From positions 375,693 through 439,692 of the forward strand of contig NIVC01000219.1 of assembly GCA_002269645.1 (NCBI GenBank): 64,000 nt of DNA, in the 5' to 3' direction. The position numbers were made by a program, and so were the translations under genes. Shown piece by piece: positions 1 through 13,784 of the stretch (positions are counted from its first letter, which is position 1; each line of letters opens with the position of its first letter). The stretch is from Macrostomum lignano (taxonomy: Eukaryota). Below the pieces are notes generated by a model. That model worked only from the letters and a program-made list of their open reading frames with translations. It did not search any database and was not told where the DNA came from.

Positions 1-64
1 TCAGGTACAGGCAATTTTTCGCTAACGAAATTTCCTATTGAAAACAAATTTGCCAGTTCTTCAG

Positions 65-2825
65 TCAATCAATCCGTCGTAACCATGGAAACGGATGCAG
101 ACGTTTCCACAGTATCCGGTCCAGAGGATGACGCCAGGCAGTCTGAATCCGTTCGGCTTCGTGCACCGGCTGCCGATTCTCAAGCATCCGCGGGGTCGTC
201 CGCCATCCTCCGGCATCACTCTGTCCCCGTGATGGACTCGTCCGATCCTCTGCAGCAGCAGCCTGCGGACGAGCTCTACGAAGCTGTTGTGTCTCTGCTC
301 GACGGGGGGTGAGTGAAAATTCTGCTCGGAAATTTCTATCAAGCACTGAAGTGCCTAGGTTCGATTCCATTGGTGTCAAGTGAAGTGGCACCTCCTCTCA
401 AATGAAGTGGCTCCCCTCTCAAATGAAGTGGCACCCCCTCTCAAATGAAGTGGCTCCCCTCTCAAATGAAGTGGCGTCCCTCTCAAATGAAGTGGCTCCC
501 CTCTCAAATGAAGTGGCTCCCCTCTCAAATGAAGTGGCTCCCCTCTCAAATGAAGTGGCACCCCCTCTCAAATGAAGTGGCGTCCCTCTCAAATGAAGTG
601 GCTCCCCTCTCAAATGAAGTGGCGTCCCTCTCAAATGAAGTGGCTCCCCTCTCAAATGAAGTGGCTCCCCTCTCAAATGAAGTGGCTCCCCTCTCAAATG
701 AAGTGGCACCCCCTCTCAAATGAAGTGGCTCCCCCTCTCAAATGAAGTGGCGTCCCTCTCAAATGAAGTGGCACCTCCTCTCAAATGAAGTGGCACCTCC
801 TCTCAAATGAAGTGGCGTCCCTCTCAAATGAAGTGGCGTCCCTCTCAAATGAAGTGGCGTCCCTCTCAAATGAAGTGGCGTCCCTCTCAAATGAAGTGGC
901 GTCCCTCTCAAATGAAGTGGCGCCCCTCTCAAATGAAGTGGCTCCCCCTCTCAAATGAAGTGGCACCTCCTCTCAAATGAAGTGGCGTCCCTCTCAAATG
1001 AAGTGGCTCCCCTCTCAAATGAAGTGGCACCTCCTCTCAAATGAAGTGGCGTCCCTCTCAAATGAAGTGGCACCTCCTCTCAAATGAAGTGGCGTCCCTC
1101 TCAAATGAAATAGCGCCCCCTCAAAAAATGGCGCCCCTCTCAAATGAAATGGCGCCCCTCTGAAATGAAATAGCGCCCCCTCAAAAAATGGCGCCCCTCT
1201 CAAATGAAATGGCGCCCCTCTGAAATGAAATAGCGCCCCTTCAAAAAATGGCGCCCCTCTCAAATGAAATGGCGCCCCCTCAAAAAATGGCGCCCCTCTC
1301 AAATGAAATGGCGCCCCTCTTAAATGAAGTGGCGCCCCTCTTAAATAAAATGACGCCCCTTGAGAAAAATGACGCCCCTCTCAAATGAAATAGCGCCCCC
1401 TCAAAAAATGGCGCCCCTCTCAAATGAAATGGCGCCCCTCTGAAATGAAATAGCGCCCCTTCAAAAAATGGCGCCCCTCTCAAATGAAATAGCGCCCCCT
1501 CAAAAAATGGCGCCCCTCTCAAATGAAGTGGCGCCCCTCTTAAATGAAATGGCGCCCCTCTCAAATGAAATAGCGCCCCCTCAAAAAATGGCGCCCCTCT
1601 CAAATGAAATGGCGCCCCTCTGAAATGAAATAGCGCCCCTTCAAAAAATGGCGCCCCTCTCAAATGAAATGGCGCCCGCTTCATAAAAATGGCGCCCCTC
1701 TCAAATGAAATGGCGCCCCTCTTAAATGAAATAGCGCCCCCTCAAAAAATGGCGCCCCTCTCAAATAAAATGGCGCCCCTCTGAAATGAAATAGCGCCCC
1801 TTCAAAAAATGGCGCCCCTCTCAAATGAAATGGCGCCCCCTCAAAAAATGGCGCCCCTCTCAAATGAAATGGCGCCCCTCTTAAATGAAATAGCGCCCCC
1901 TCAAAAAATGGCGCCCCTCTCAAATGAAATGGCGCCCCTCTGAAATGAAATAGCGCCCCTTCAAAAAATGGCGCCCCTCTCAAATGAAATGGCGCCCGCT
2001 TCATAAAAATGGCGCCCCTCTCAAATGAAATGGCGCCCCTCTTAAATGAAATAGCGCCCCTTCAAAAAATATGGCGCCCCTCTCGAATGAAATAGCCCCT
2101 GCTTCTCCAATCCCTCTGCACCATCTACTTACGTAAGTAGTATCATAAGCTATTTCCTGTCTCTGTCTGCATGGCTACGCCAACTCCCAACTGCAGAGAC
2201 GCCACCACCGCCGCAGAGGCAGCGACCGCAGGCGCCAAAGAATCCGCAGCGGCCGTTCGATCCTCCGCCGCCGTCTCCACCGACGATTTCCGTCGCCAAC
2301 TGGCCGCCAGCATTCTGTCGCCGTCTCCGTTTGTCCGCCTGGCCGAGCCGCACCTGGAGACCCCGGCTGGTCGATCCGGTTGCCTAGCAACCCATCTGCG
2401 TCGTCGCCTATCCCCGCCCGAAGACTCCTCGGCTCTGGGCAGATTTGTCGTAGCCGAATCTGAGCGCTACGCCTCGCAGATGTCAGCTCGGATGCGCGAC
2501 TGTCCGCCGTGCCTGGCTCTGCACTCGTTTCAGTCTCAACCGATCCGGACCGCCTTCCAGTCCATGGAGTTTCGCGATTCGCTGGCCGACTACCGGCGCT
2601 CGGATTTGACTTTGATCAGCTGCGGCAGCAGCAGCAGCGGTAATAATAATAAGGATAGCCAACAGCAGCAGCAGAAGTCGCAGGTGCAGCCGCCCATTGA
2701 CATGTTTAATTTGCTGCTGCATCAGCGACTCGGCTTCTTGTTGTGCGCCTATGCGCCTGGGGCGCCGAACTTTCCCAGGCCTTGCCGAGACCCGCAGCTG
2801 CGGACGGTGAGCTGGAAAATGGGAC

Positions 2826-2862
<37 letters not shown>

Positions 2863-2908
2863 GCCTGCCTGCCTGTCTGCCTCCCTGTCTGTCTGTTTGT
2901 CTGCCTGC

Positions 2909-2982
<74 letters not shown>

Positions 2983-3055
2983 GCTTGTCTGTCTGTCTGC
3001 TTGTCTGTCTGTCTGTCTGTCTGTCTGCTTGTCTGTCTGTCTGTCTGTCTGTCTG

Positions 3056-3114
<59 letters not shown>

Positions 3115-6100
3115 GATTGTCTGTCTGTCTGCCCGTCTGTTGTCTGTGTGTCTGTCTGTCTGTCTGTCTGCTTGTCTGTCTCTCTATCTGTCTGTCTGTT
3201 TTCTGGTCCTATGGTCCTAGTCTGTATATCTGTCTGTTTTGTCGATGTATCTATTTTTATGGTTAAATGATTGAACGTCACACAATATCCCGCTTAATCA
3301 ATCAGGTTGACATGTACGGCAGAGGCGACGTGAGATTATCGGACTTTCTGGAAGTTTTCTGCTTCCAAGCGGATCGAATGTAAGTTATCACACCCATTTA
3401 CGGCACTCCTACCGTCACTCTGTCAGTCACAAAGTCACTCCGCTTTGTCAATACAAAACTGTCGCTTTACCTAATGTCACTCCTACTATCACTTTCACTT
3501 TCACTCCCACTATTAATATCACTGTCACTCCTACAGTCCTACTATCACTCTCACTGTCACTCCCACTATCACACTCACTATCACTCCCACGTCCCACTAT
3601 CACACTCACTGTCACTCCTACTATCACACTCTGTCACTCCTACTATCACTCATACTGTCACTCCTATCACACTCACTGTCACTCCTACTATTACTCACTA
3701 TCACTCCTACTACCACTCACTATCACTCCTACTGTCACTCCTATCACTCTCACTGTCACTCCTACTATCACTCTCACTGTCATTCCTACTTTCACTTTCA
3801 CTTCCACTATTAGTATCACTGTCACTCCTACAGTCCTACTATCACTCTCACTGTCAATCACACTATCACACTCACTGTCACTCCTTTCACTCTGTCACTC
3901 ATACTATCACTCACTGTCACTCCTACTATCACTCTCACTGTCACTCATACTATCACACTCACTGTCACTCCTACTATCACTCACTGTCACTCCTACTATC
4001 ACACTCACTGTCACTCCTACTATTACTCACTATCACTCCTACTGTCACTCCTATCACTCTCACTGTCACTCCTACTATCACTCATACTGTCACTCCTATC
4101 ACTCACCGTCACTCCTACTATCACTCCCACTGCCACTGTCACTCCTACTGTCACTCCGCCTGTCAATCGCCAGATGCAATGAGGTGTCGCACGTGCGCAG
4201 CCCGGACCGTCAGGCCGGTCACCTGCTGTGCCACCTGCCCCTAGCGGAGCACACCCGCCGATTCGTAGCGGAATCTGGCTTCGTCACACTTGTGATTCGG
4301 CCTAGCAAAGCTGCTACTGACGGCCTGCCCTCGTTGGATCAGAATACAATCTTTGTTCGGTCTTGGTGCAGACGATGTCGACCGCAACAACATCATCAGC
4401 AGCAGCAGCAGCAGCAGCAGACATCGCAGACTGAACCCCAGCTGACTCCACTCTCAGAAGACGCCAAAGCGTTGAGTTTCGCTCAATTTCTCAGATTGCA
4501 CTTTAGCGAGCACCGACTGTCGACTTCCGCTTGTCGGCATTCTATGCACGCCGAGCATGTTCAATATTTTTACAAGGCCGGTCTAGTGGCCTGTTTCGAG
4601 TACACTCCTGTCTGTTTGAGATCGATTGTGATGCCTACTACTGCTATTGTTGTGCCGCTGGACATTACTAGGCAATTGTTGGAGTCTCAGGTGAGTTTCA
4701 ACCCTTTTGTAAGTCTTTTCTTAATCCTGAAATGTTACATTACATCTAAGAGTGTTCTAACTGGCTGAGTTCTTACGAGTTCATAGCTATATCTTTCACA
4801 GATATTTCATTATCTCATCTATTCTCACCCCATTCTAAGCTTCTCTTAATCTGAATCAATTATCACCCTATTCTCAGCCTCTCGTCATCTATTCTCAGCC
4901 CATTCCCAGCCTCTCGTCATCTATTCTCACCCTATTCTCAGCCTCTCGTTTATCACCCTCTCGCCATCTCTTCTCACCCTCTCGCAATCCATTTTCTCCA
5001 TCTAATCTAATCTAGTCTAGCCCATCCATTTTATTTACTTAGCATCTAAAAAGTCAGTCAAAACATATCCGTATTCAAGCCAATCTCATCTCATCCATCT
5101 CAGGTGAGCCGCCTCACCACAAGCGGCTACCGCCTGCTAGCGGACATCCAATCAATATACGTGACTCATGCCTATGCTCAGAAGGACACAGTTAGCCGCC
5201 TGAACTCCATTCACTCCGGCTGCAACGCCGAGCTCAGAGCATTCTTCGATGTTGACAGGCTGACTGCCGGACCAGAAGCTGCTGCGGTGGCCTTTTCTCG
5301 CAAAGCTGTGCTGTTCAAACAGTGGCTGACAGCCCTGATCGATCGGTGGCAAGGCCTGCTGCAGGAGGCTCTCATGGTTGAGTCCTCTGCAACTGTGCCT
5401 GCTCAGCCAGCTGCTGCTCCGGCTCCGGCTGCTGCACCTTCTGCATCTGCTGGGACAGCATCAACAGCCGCCTCGGGGACTGCGGCGCCAGTTCCTGCTG
5501 CTGCACCCGAGTCTGGCGTGACGCCGCCAGCGCAGTCTGCTGGCGCTGAATCACTGGAGCAACAGCAGCAGCAGCAGCAGATGCAGCGCAAATCAAGTAG
5601 AAGTGTTCTGGCTAAACGGCCGGCTTCTTCTCATGTCCCTGCTGTTCAGGTTAGCTGGCTGTTTGTTTGTCTGTTAGGGATTTGGGAGTTTTTTCAGCTT
5701 ATCTGAAGGACTTTCGAGGAAAATTATGGCCCAGCGACTGAGGATCTGGGAGGCTGGCCCAGCAACTGGGGATCTGGGAGGCTGGCCCAGCAACTGGGGA
5801 TCTGGGAGGCTGGCCCAGCAACTGGGGATCTGGGAGGCTGGCCCAGCAACTGAGGATCTGGGAGGCTGGCCCAGCAACTGGGGATCTGGGAGGCTGGCCC
5901 AGCAACTGGGGATCTGGGAGGCTGGTGGCCCAGCAACTGGGGATCTGGGAGGCTGGTGGCCCAGCAACTGGGGATCTGGGAGGCTGGCCCAGCAACTGAG
6001 GATCTGGGAGGCTGGCCCAGCAACTGGGGATCTGGGAGGCTGGCAGCCCAGCAACTGGGGATCTGGGAGGCTGGTGGCCCAGCAACTGGGGATCTGGGAG

Positions 6101-9100
6101 GCTGGTGGCCCAGCAACTGGGGATCTGGGAGGCTGGCCCAGCAACTGAGGATCTGGGAGGCTGGTGGCCCAGCAACTGGGGATCTGGGAGGCTGGTGGCC
6201 CAGCAACTGGGGATCTGGGAGGCTGGCCAAGCAACAGGATCTGGGAGGCTGGCGGTTGCCTAGCAACCGAGGATTAGGTACACCAGCTAAGATGAATCTA
6301 CAAAGACCCCATCTCCGCGCAGGTGTCTATACCCCGGCCAGACATTCTGCCCAACACGGAGACCTACTTTGTGCCTCCCATGGTCAGTCAGCCAGTCTGC
6401 GTGTACGCCAATGACCCCAGTTCAATCATTGCATTCGCCCTGAGCTCGCTTAAGCATCAGGACTTTGTGCGGCACTCCTGCCTTAATCTGTCTGGTGAGG
6501 TGCCTTCTGCTGCTGCTGGTGCGTCGGCGGCCAGTCACAGCAGGGTGCCGTCTGACCAGGCTGGAGGTGGGGCCTGCGGCACCGGATCGCCACCTGATGT
6601 GCCCACTGACCACGTGAGTATGAGAGTAGACTATAGAAGATATTATAAATAGATGAAGATTTCTATAGACAATTGTATGTGCGAGACTAGATGATTGGAG
6701 TGAGATTGTAGGTGTGAGACTAGATGATTAGAGTGAGATTGTAGGTGTGAGACTAGATGATTAGTGTGAGATTGTACTGCGAGACCAGATGATTAAAGTG
6801 AGATTGTAGGTGTGAGACTAGATGATTAGAGTGAGATTGTAGGTGTGAGACTAGATGATTAGAGTGAGATTGTAGGTTTGAGACTAGATGATTAGAGTGA
6901 GATTGTAGGTGTGAGACTAGAGGATTATAGTGAGATTGTAGGTGTGAGACTAGATGATTAGAGTGAGATTCCGTGCGTCAGACTAGATGTTAGATATATT
7001 GTGAGAATAAATATTAGAGTAAATAAGAACGAGTTCATCAATGGTGACTGCCAACGCCCCCATCGCAGGTAAAGTACAACCCAGCTCAGCGCGCGATCAA
7101 GATCGGCAATCACGCAGCCTCAGTGCTGGATGGCAACTCAATTGAGCAGTCGCTGACCTCCCGCCCCAGTTCCGCCAGCTTAGCCGGCGGTCACAAAAAG
7201 GACATTGTAGAAATCGAATTCATTGGCGGCGATTTGAAAATTTTCTGTCGAGTTTATCACGCCTGCAAGTTTCACGCCCTCAGGCGGGACATCCTGCCGC
7301 AGGGCGAGGCGGCGTTTCTTCACTCCATCAGCCGGTCCGCAGTCTGGGCCACCACTGGAGGCAAGTCTCGGGCCAGTTTCTATAAAACTGCCGATGATCG
7401 ATTTGTATTGAAACGCGTGTCCGAGTTCGAATCCGATTCTCTAGACGTGATGACGCCGCACTATTGTCAATACGTTCAGAAGCGGGCTCGGTCTGGCCTG
7501 CCCTGCTGCCTGGCTAAGATTGTTGGCATGTTCTTTTTGGCTTATAGCAACCCCAAGTGCATCGGATTGCAGCTGAAAGGCACCTACGTGCTGATGGAGA
7601 ATCTGCTCTATAACTGTCGGATTGATCGAGTTTTCGACTTAAAAGGCTCGGAGAGGAATCGGTGAGAATATCATTATCAGCATTTCAATTTGGGGATATT
7701 TCTGTGCATTATCAGCATTTCAATTTGGGGATATTTCTGTGCATTATCAACATCCCAATTTGGGGATATTTCTGTGCATTATCAGCATCCCAATTTGGGG
7801 ATATTCTGTGCATTATCAGCATCCCAATTTGGGGATATTTCTGTGCATTATCAGCATCCTAATTTGGGGATAGTTCTGTGCATTATCAGCATCCCAATTT
7901 GGGGATATTTCTGTGCATTATCAGCATCCCAATTGGGGATATTTTTGTGCATTACCAGCATCCCAATTTGGGGATATTTCTGTGCATTACCAGCATCCCA
8001 ATTTGGTTATATTTCTGTGCATTACCAGCATCTCAATTTGGGGATATTTCTGTGTATTATCAGTCTCCCAATTTGGGGATATTTCTGTGCATTATCAGCA
8101 TCCCAATTTGGGGATATTTCTGTACATTATAAGCATTCTAATTTTGGGATATTTCTGTGCATTATCAGCATCCCAATTTGGGGATATTTCTGTGCATTAT
8201 CAGCATCATAATTTGGGGATATTTCTGTGCATTATCAGCATCCCAATTTGGGATATTTCTGTGCATTATCAGCATCCCAAATTGGGGATATTTCTGTGCA
8301 TTATCAGCATTCTAATTTGGGGATTTTTCTGTACAATATAAGCATCCCAATTTGGGGATATTCTGTGCATTATCAGCATCCTAATTTGGGGATATTTCTG
8401 TGCATTATCAGCATCCCAATTTGGGGATATTTCTGTGCATTATCAGCATTCTAATTTGGGGATATGTCTGTACAATATAAGCATCCCAATTTGGGGATAT
8501 TTCTGTGCATTATCAGCATCCCAAATTGGGGATATTTCTGTGCATTATCAGCATTCTAATTTGGGGATATTTCTGTACAATATAAGCATCCCAATTAGGG
8601 GATATTTCTGTGCATTATCAGCATCCCAATTTGGGGATATTTCTGTGCATTTTGGGCATCCCAATTTGGGGATATTTCTGTGCACTATCAGCATCCCAAT
8701 TTGGGGATATTTCTGTGCACTATCAGCATCCCAAATTGGGGATATTTCTGTGCATTATCAGCATCCCAATTTGGGGATATTTCTGTGCATTACCAGCATC
8801 CCAATTTGGGGATATTTCTGTGTATTATCAGTCTCCCAATTTGGGGATATTTCTGTGCATTATCAGCATCCCAAATTGGGGATATTTCTGTGCATTATCA
8901 GCATCCCAATTTGGGGATATTTCTGTGCATTACCAGCATCCCAATTTGGGGATATTTAGGGATCCTCCATCAATCAGCAGCTTCCCCATTCTAGGAGCTA
9001 TTACTGTCAGGGGATACTACTGAACATCCCTAACTGAAATCCCCCAACGCACTCGGCAGGCACCTCACCGACGATGGCCAGACGGTGCTGCTGGACCAAA

Positions 9101-9465
9101 ACTTTGCCGACGTGTCCCTGGAGGAGCCGCTGTTTGTCCGGCGTCCCGAATGGCTGGTGCTGCAGCGGGCCCTGCTGTGCGACACCAACTTTCTGCGACA
9201 GCACAACATCATGGATTACTCGCTAATCCTTGGCCTAGCCGATGATCAAGTGATCTGCGGCATTGTGGACTACATTCGCGACTTTACCATTGATAAAATG
9301 GTGGAATACCTGTGGAAGAAAATTCAAAGCGAGCAGTTGCCAACTGTGATTAATCCTCAGCTGTATCAGGAGCGCTTTCTAGCCGCAATGAGTGTCAACT
9401 TTATACCTGTGCCGGGTCATTGGGACACTTTTAACCTGTACGAGTGCAATTATGACGATGAGTGA
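65..9465 (+). CDS. PIKFYVE: PIKfyve/FAB1 phosphatidylinositol-3-phosphate 5-kinase, 3' part (gene starts left of the window)
   Basis: Phase-consistent GT-AG exons: 65-308, 2197-2806, 3306-3379 (74-nt exon VDMYGRGDVRLSDFLEVFCF, missing from the ORF track), 4174-4690, 5104-5649, 6323-6613, 7069-7661, 9060-9465. Motifs: RDSLADYRR, RSWCRRC, CRHSMHAEHVQYF and the PIPK kinase motifs GGKSRASFYKTADDRFVLK, MENLLY, FDLKGS, MDYSL, PTVINPQLYQERF. Confidence 0.93.
376..2095. repeat. Intronic minisatellite, ~20-21 bp unit (ctctcaaatgaagtggcNccc), switching to higher-order variants after ~1100
   Basis: Direct tandem periodicity; lies in PIKfyve intron 309-2196. Confidence 0.95.
2822..3200. repeat. (TCTG)n microsatellite
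   Basis: Visible tetranucleotide run in a PIKfyve intron. Confidence 0.95.
3410..4165. repeat. Degenerate TCAC/CTA-rich simple repeat (tcactcctactatcac-like)
   Basis: Low-complexity tandem array in a PIKfyve intron. Confidence 0.85.
5728..6250. repeat. Minisatellite, 28/31 bp unit (ggggatctgggaggctggcccagcaact)
   Basis: Tandem periodicity in a PIKfyve intron. Confidence 0.95.
6680..6990. repeat. Minisatellite, 33 bp unit (gagactagatgattagagtgagattgtaggtgt)
   Basis: Tandem periodicity in a PIKfyve intron. Confidence 0.93.
7668..8960. repeat. Minisatellite, 35 bp unit (catcccaatttggggatatttctgtgcattatcag)
   Basis: Tandem periodicity in the last PIKfyve intron. Confidence 0.95.
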
Positions 9466-9778
9466 CCCGCGAAGCTTTGCGCTGTACTCTTGTGGAATTG
9501 AAATCTCAATCGGAAACGGTACCGCATGAAGTCGTGTGAGTCAATTCGAGGCGTGTTTGTGTATATATTTAGTAGTATGCGCTGTACTACGATTTGTGTA
9601 AGCGAATTCTAAATCTGCACTATTCAAGTTTGATTGTCTAAGAATATTTTATTGTTAATCATTTTTATCAGAGTTTTTTTTATCTGTCCTGATTTTTATT
9701 TCTATATGTATTCAAGTTTGTTAGTGCTTTCTACTCAGATTTGGAGATTATGTGGGAACTAATGATAATTTATGATTT

Positions 9779-11085
9779 GTGACCCAGACTCTTGTCACTG
9801 AGATTCTTGTGACTTTTCATACCGATCCCCACTTGACTTGTCACTCAGATCCCCACCTGACTTGTCACTCAGATCTTCACGTGACTTGTCACTCAGATCC
9901 TCACCTGACTTGTCACTCAGATCCCCATGTGACTTGTCACTCAGATCTTCACCTGACTTGTCACTCAGATCCTCACCTGACTTGTCACTCAGATCCTCAT
10001 CTGACTTGTCACTCACATCCCCACCTGACTTGTCACTCAGATCTTCACGTGACTTGTCACTCAGATCCTCATCTGACTTGTCACTCAGATCCCCACGTGA
10101 CTTGTCACTCAGATCCCCACTTGACTTGTCACTCAGATCCTCACCTGACTTGTCACTCAGATCCTCATCTGACTTGTCACTCAGATCCCCACCTGACTTG
10201 TCACTCAGATCCCCACCTGACTTGTCACTCAGATCTTCACGTGACTTGTCACTCAGATCCTCATCTGACTTGTCACTCAGATCCCCACGTGACTTGTCAC
10301 TCAGATCCCCACTTGACTTGTCACTCAGATCCCCACCTGACTTGTCACTCAGATCTTCACGTGACTTGTCACTCAGATCCTCATCTGACTTGTCACTCAG
10401 ATCCCCACGTGACTTGTCACTCAGATCCCCACTTGACTTGTCACTCAGATCCCCACGTAACTTGTCACTCAGATCCCCACGTGACTTTTCACACCGATCC
10501 CCACTTGACTTGTCACTCAGATCCCCACGTGACTTTTCACACCGATCCCCACTTGACTTGTCACTCAGATCCTCACGTGACTTGTCACTCAGATCCCCAC
10601 TTGACTTGTCACTCAGATCCTCACCTGACCTGACTTGTCACTCAGATCCTCACGTGACTTGCCACTCAGATCTTCACGTGATTTGTCACTCAGATCTTTT
10701 AGGTGACTTGTCACTCAGATCTTTTAGGTGACCTGTCACTCAGATCTTTTAGGTGACCTGTCACTCAGATCTTTTAGGTGACTTGTCACTCAGATCTTTT
10801 AGGTGACTTGTCACTCAGATCTTTTAGGTGACTTGTCACTCAGATCTTTTAGTTGACTTGTCACTCAGATCTTTTAGGTGACTTGTCACTCAGATCTTTT
10901 AGGTGACTTGTCACTCAGATCTTTTAGGTGACTTGTCACTCAGATCTTTTAGGTGACTTGTCACTCAGATCTTTTAGGTGACTTGTCACTCAGATCTTTT
11001 AGGTGACTTGTCACTCAGATCTTTTAGGTGACTTGTCACTCAGATCTTTTAGGTGACTTGTCAGTCAAATCCTCACGTGACTTAT
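9779..11085. repeat. Intergenic minisatellite, 24 bp unit containing the palindrome GTGAC-TT-GTCAC
   Basis: Tandem periodicity; the 3' third is a homogeneous variant (cttttaggtgacttgtcactcagat). Confidence 0.95.
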
Positions 11086-11657
11086 CTAATTAATTCTAAT
11101 TATATCTAATCACCACTAACGATGGTTCTGGCATATACTCTTTACCTATACTAAATATGCATAAATAATCTCGTTACAGCTTCCATGCGTTTGACAAATT
11201 GATTAAATTTCGTGAAAACTCACAAACCCCAACCAGTCTGCAGTGTTGTGTTTCCATCAAATTTAATTTTTTTTTCATATTTTCGCTTTCATATCAAAAA
11301 TGGAATCTATATTTTAAAGTTGCTATTTTGATTGATTGACAATTTGTCATAATTATTAACTGAAGTTGATTAGGTCCAGTGCTTGGTATGAATTTAGAGT
11401 TTTTTGTCCAAGTGATGTTGGTCGATAATTATTATTCCATTCACTGGTATTTTTTCCGCTTGTGGCATGCTCATTTCAAATCATTTGCCGCTAACCTTGT
11501 TTAAGCCACTGCTAACTTGAAAATTGCTTTTTTTAAATTAGAATGTGTGATTTTTTATAATTTATTAAATTATATTTTTCAGTACAAATGATTCGTTAAA
11601 CATAAACTGTTTTATTTTCTTTTTTTTGTAACAGCAAAGGTTTCAGTTAAAGGTTTA

Positions 11658-12482
11658 AGATTGCTAATCCCAACATGGGGTATTATCAGATTGCTAATCC
11701 CAACATGGGGATATTATCAGATTGCTAATCCCAACATGGGGTATTATCAGATTGCTAATCCCAACATGGGGATATTATCAGATTGCTAATCCCAACATGG
11801 GGATATTTTCAGATTGCTAATCCCAACATGGGGATATTATCAGATTGCTAATCCCATCATGGGGATATTATCAGATTGCTAATCCCAACATGGGATATTA
11901 TCAGATTGCTAATCCCAACATGGGATATTATCAGATTGCTAATCCCAACATGGGGATATTATCGGATTGCTAATCCCATCATGGGGATATTATCAGATTG
12001 CTAATCCCAACATGGGATATTATCAGATTGCTAATCCCAACATGGGGTATTATCAGATTGCTAATCCCAACATGGGGATATTATCAGATTGCTAATCCCA
12101 ACATGGGGATATTTTCAGATTGCTAATCCCAACATGGGGATATTATCAGATTGCTAATCCCATCATGGGGATATTATCAGATTGCTAATCCCAACATGGG
12201 ATATTATCAGATTGCTAATCCCAACATGGGATATTATCAGATTGCTAATCCCAACATGGGGATATTATCGGATTGCTAATCCCATCATGGGGATATTATC
12301 AGATTGCTAATCCCAACATGGGATATTATCAGATTGCTAATCCCAACATGGGGTATTATCAGATTGCTAATCCCAACATGGGGATATTATCAGATTGCTA
12401 ATCCCAACATGGGGATATTATCAGATTGCTAATCCCATCATGGGGATATTATCAGATTGCTAATCCCATCATGGGGATATTT
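11658..12482. repeat. Minisatellite, 30-31 bp unit (cagattgctaatcccaacatggggatattat)
   Basis: Tandem periodicity immediately upstream of the NUP35 splice acceptor. Confidence 0.95.
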
Positions 12483-12509
12483 TCAAACAAGCTCCTCATC
12501 TCCCCGCAG

Positions 12510-13742
12510 GAGCCGATGCTGATTTCTCCTCTTCAGGCGCAGCAGCAGCAGCATTCGCTGGCCTCCGCCGCAGGTCACCTCAGCCCCTCCTCGCCGCCAC
12601 CACCCATGGCAGCGGCAGGCTACATGCCGGGCTATCTGCTAGATGAAGCTTGGAACTCGCCAGCTGGAGCCCAAGCCGCCGGAAGCTATTACAGTGCGGC
12701 CGCGGTGCCCCCGGGTTCGAATCCTGGCCAGCTGCACTATTATCAGCAGCAGCAACAGCAGGCCCATTGGATGCTGTCTGGCGGTCCTGGGTTCGCTTCG
12801 CCGATGCACCAGCAGCAGCAGCTGGCATTGTCAACCGGTCACTATGGCAACCAGCAGTCTTCGTCGGCTTCGCCAATTCGAACTTCGCCCCCGTCGCCAA
12901 GACAATCGCTAACGGCAATGACTTCGGCGTCGGCTGCTGCTGCTGGCAGTCAGAAACGGCAGCCGCCGCCCACAACCAGCCTGTGGGCTCTGCAGCAGCA
13001 GCAGCAGCAGCAGCAACCTCCCCCTCCGCCGCCTCCACCACCGCCACCGCCCTCTCAAACCAGCACCCCGGTTCGTCCTGGGCTTCGCAACCATCCACAG
13101 CAGCAGCAGCAGCAGCAGCAGCAGTTCTTCTCTCCTGCAGCCAGCCTCAATAATCCTCTGGACACTTCAGCAGCGGCAGGAGCCGCAGGCGCTAACACAG
13201 ACGATGGCACCTGGGTGACGGTGTTCGGGTTCCCGTCTGGCTCGGTCAGCTTCGTGCTGCAGCAGCTGGCTCAGTGCGGTCGCATCGAACGGCACACGGC
13301 TCCAGCTGGCGGCGGCGCCAACTGGGTGCACGTGAAGTTCCAGAACCGAGTGCAGGCTAGGCGGGCCCTGTGCCGCAATGGCCGGGTGCTCAGCGCCAAC
13401 TGCATGATCGGCGTGCAGCCCTGCCAGGACCCGGCCGCGGCAGCTGACACCTCGGTGCCGGCCGCCATCTCCGGTACGCCGCTGGCTGAGCAGAACCAGC
13501 AGCATCAGTCGAATTTGAACGCCACGGCAGCCAATCAGAGCGCCAACTGCTCGTCCATGCGCTCATTGGCTGTGAGCCGGCTGGGCACTCCGGCTGCCTC
13601 CGCTGCCGTAGCCGGGGTCGCCGCTGGAACTCCGAGGTCAACTAAGATTTCCGCTTCCACGTCCGCTGTTGATGGCAGTCGGGTGCTGAGAGAGAATCCA
13701 GGACTGCTCAATAAGGCCATCAGCTATATGTTCGGCTGGTGA
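12510..13742 (+). CDS. NUP35: Nucleoporin Nup35/Nup53 (MPPN-type RRM)
   Basis: N-terminal EPMLISP and YMPGYLL; RRM TWVTVFGFP...NWVHVKFQNRVQARRALCRNGRVLSANCMIGVQPC; C-terminal GLLNKAISYMFGW amphipathic helix. Acceptor ccgcag ends at 12509; first in-exon ATG at 12516. Confidence 0.92.
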   Translation, partial: EPMLISPLQAQQQQHSLASAAGHLSPSSPPPPMAAAGYMPGYLLDEAWNSPAGAQAAGSYYSAAAVPPGSNPGQLHYYQQQQQQAHWMLSGGPGFASPMHQQQQLALSTGHYGNQQSSSASPIRTSPPSPRQSLTAMTSASAAAAGSQKRQPPPTTSLWALQQQQQQQQPPPPPPPPPPPPSQTSTPVRPGLRNHPQQQQQQQQQFFSPAASLNNPLDTSAAAGAAGANTDDGTWVTVFGFPSGSVSFVLQQLAQCGRIERHTAPAGGGANWVHVKFQNRVQARRALCRNGRVLSANCMIGVQPCQDPAAAADTSVPAAISGTPLAEQNQQHQSNLNATAANQSANCSSMRSLAVSRLGTPAASAAVAGVAAGTPRSTKISASTSAVDGSRVLRENPGLLNKAISYMFGW

Positions 13743-13784
13743 AAGCAGTGCATGTTTCTAGGTTATGCTGTTGGGGATTAACCA

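Noticed and set aside
7668-12482. Palindromic 24-35 bp repeats resembling CRISPR arrays
   Set aside because: Units are head-to-tail with no unique spacers, there are no cas genes, and the context is eukaryotic.
65-13742. Ancient synteny of PIKfyve and NUP35
   Set aside because: It cannot be tested from this window, and adjacency of two genes is weak evidence.
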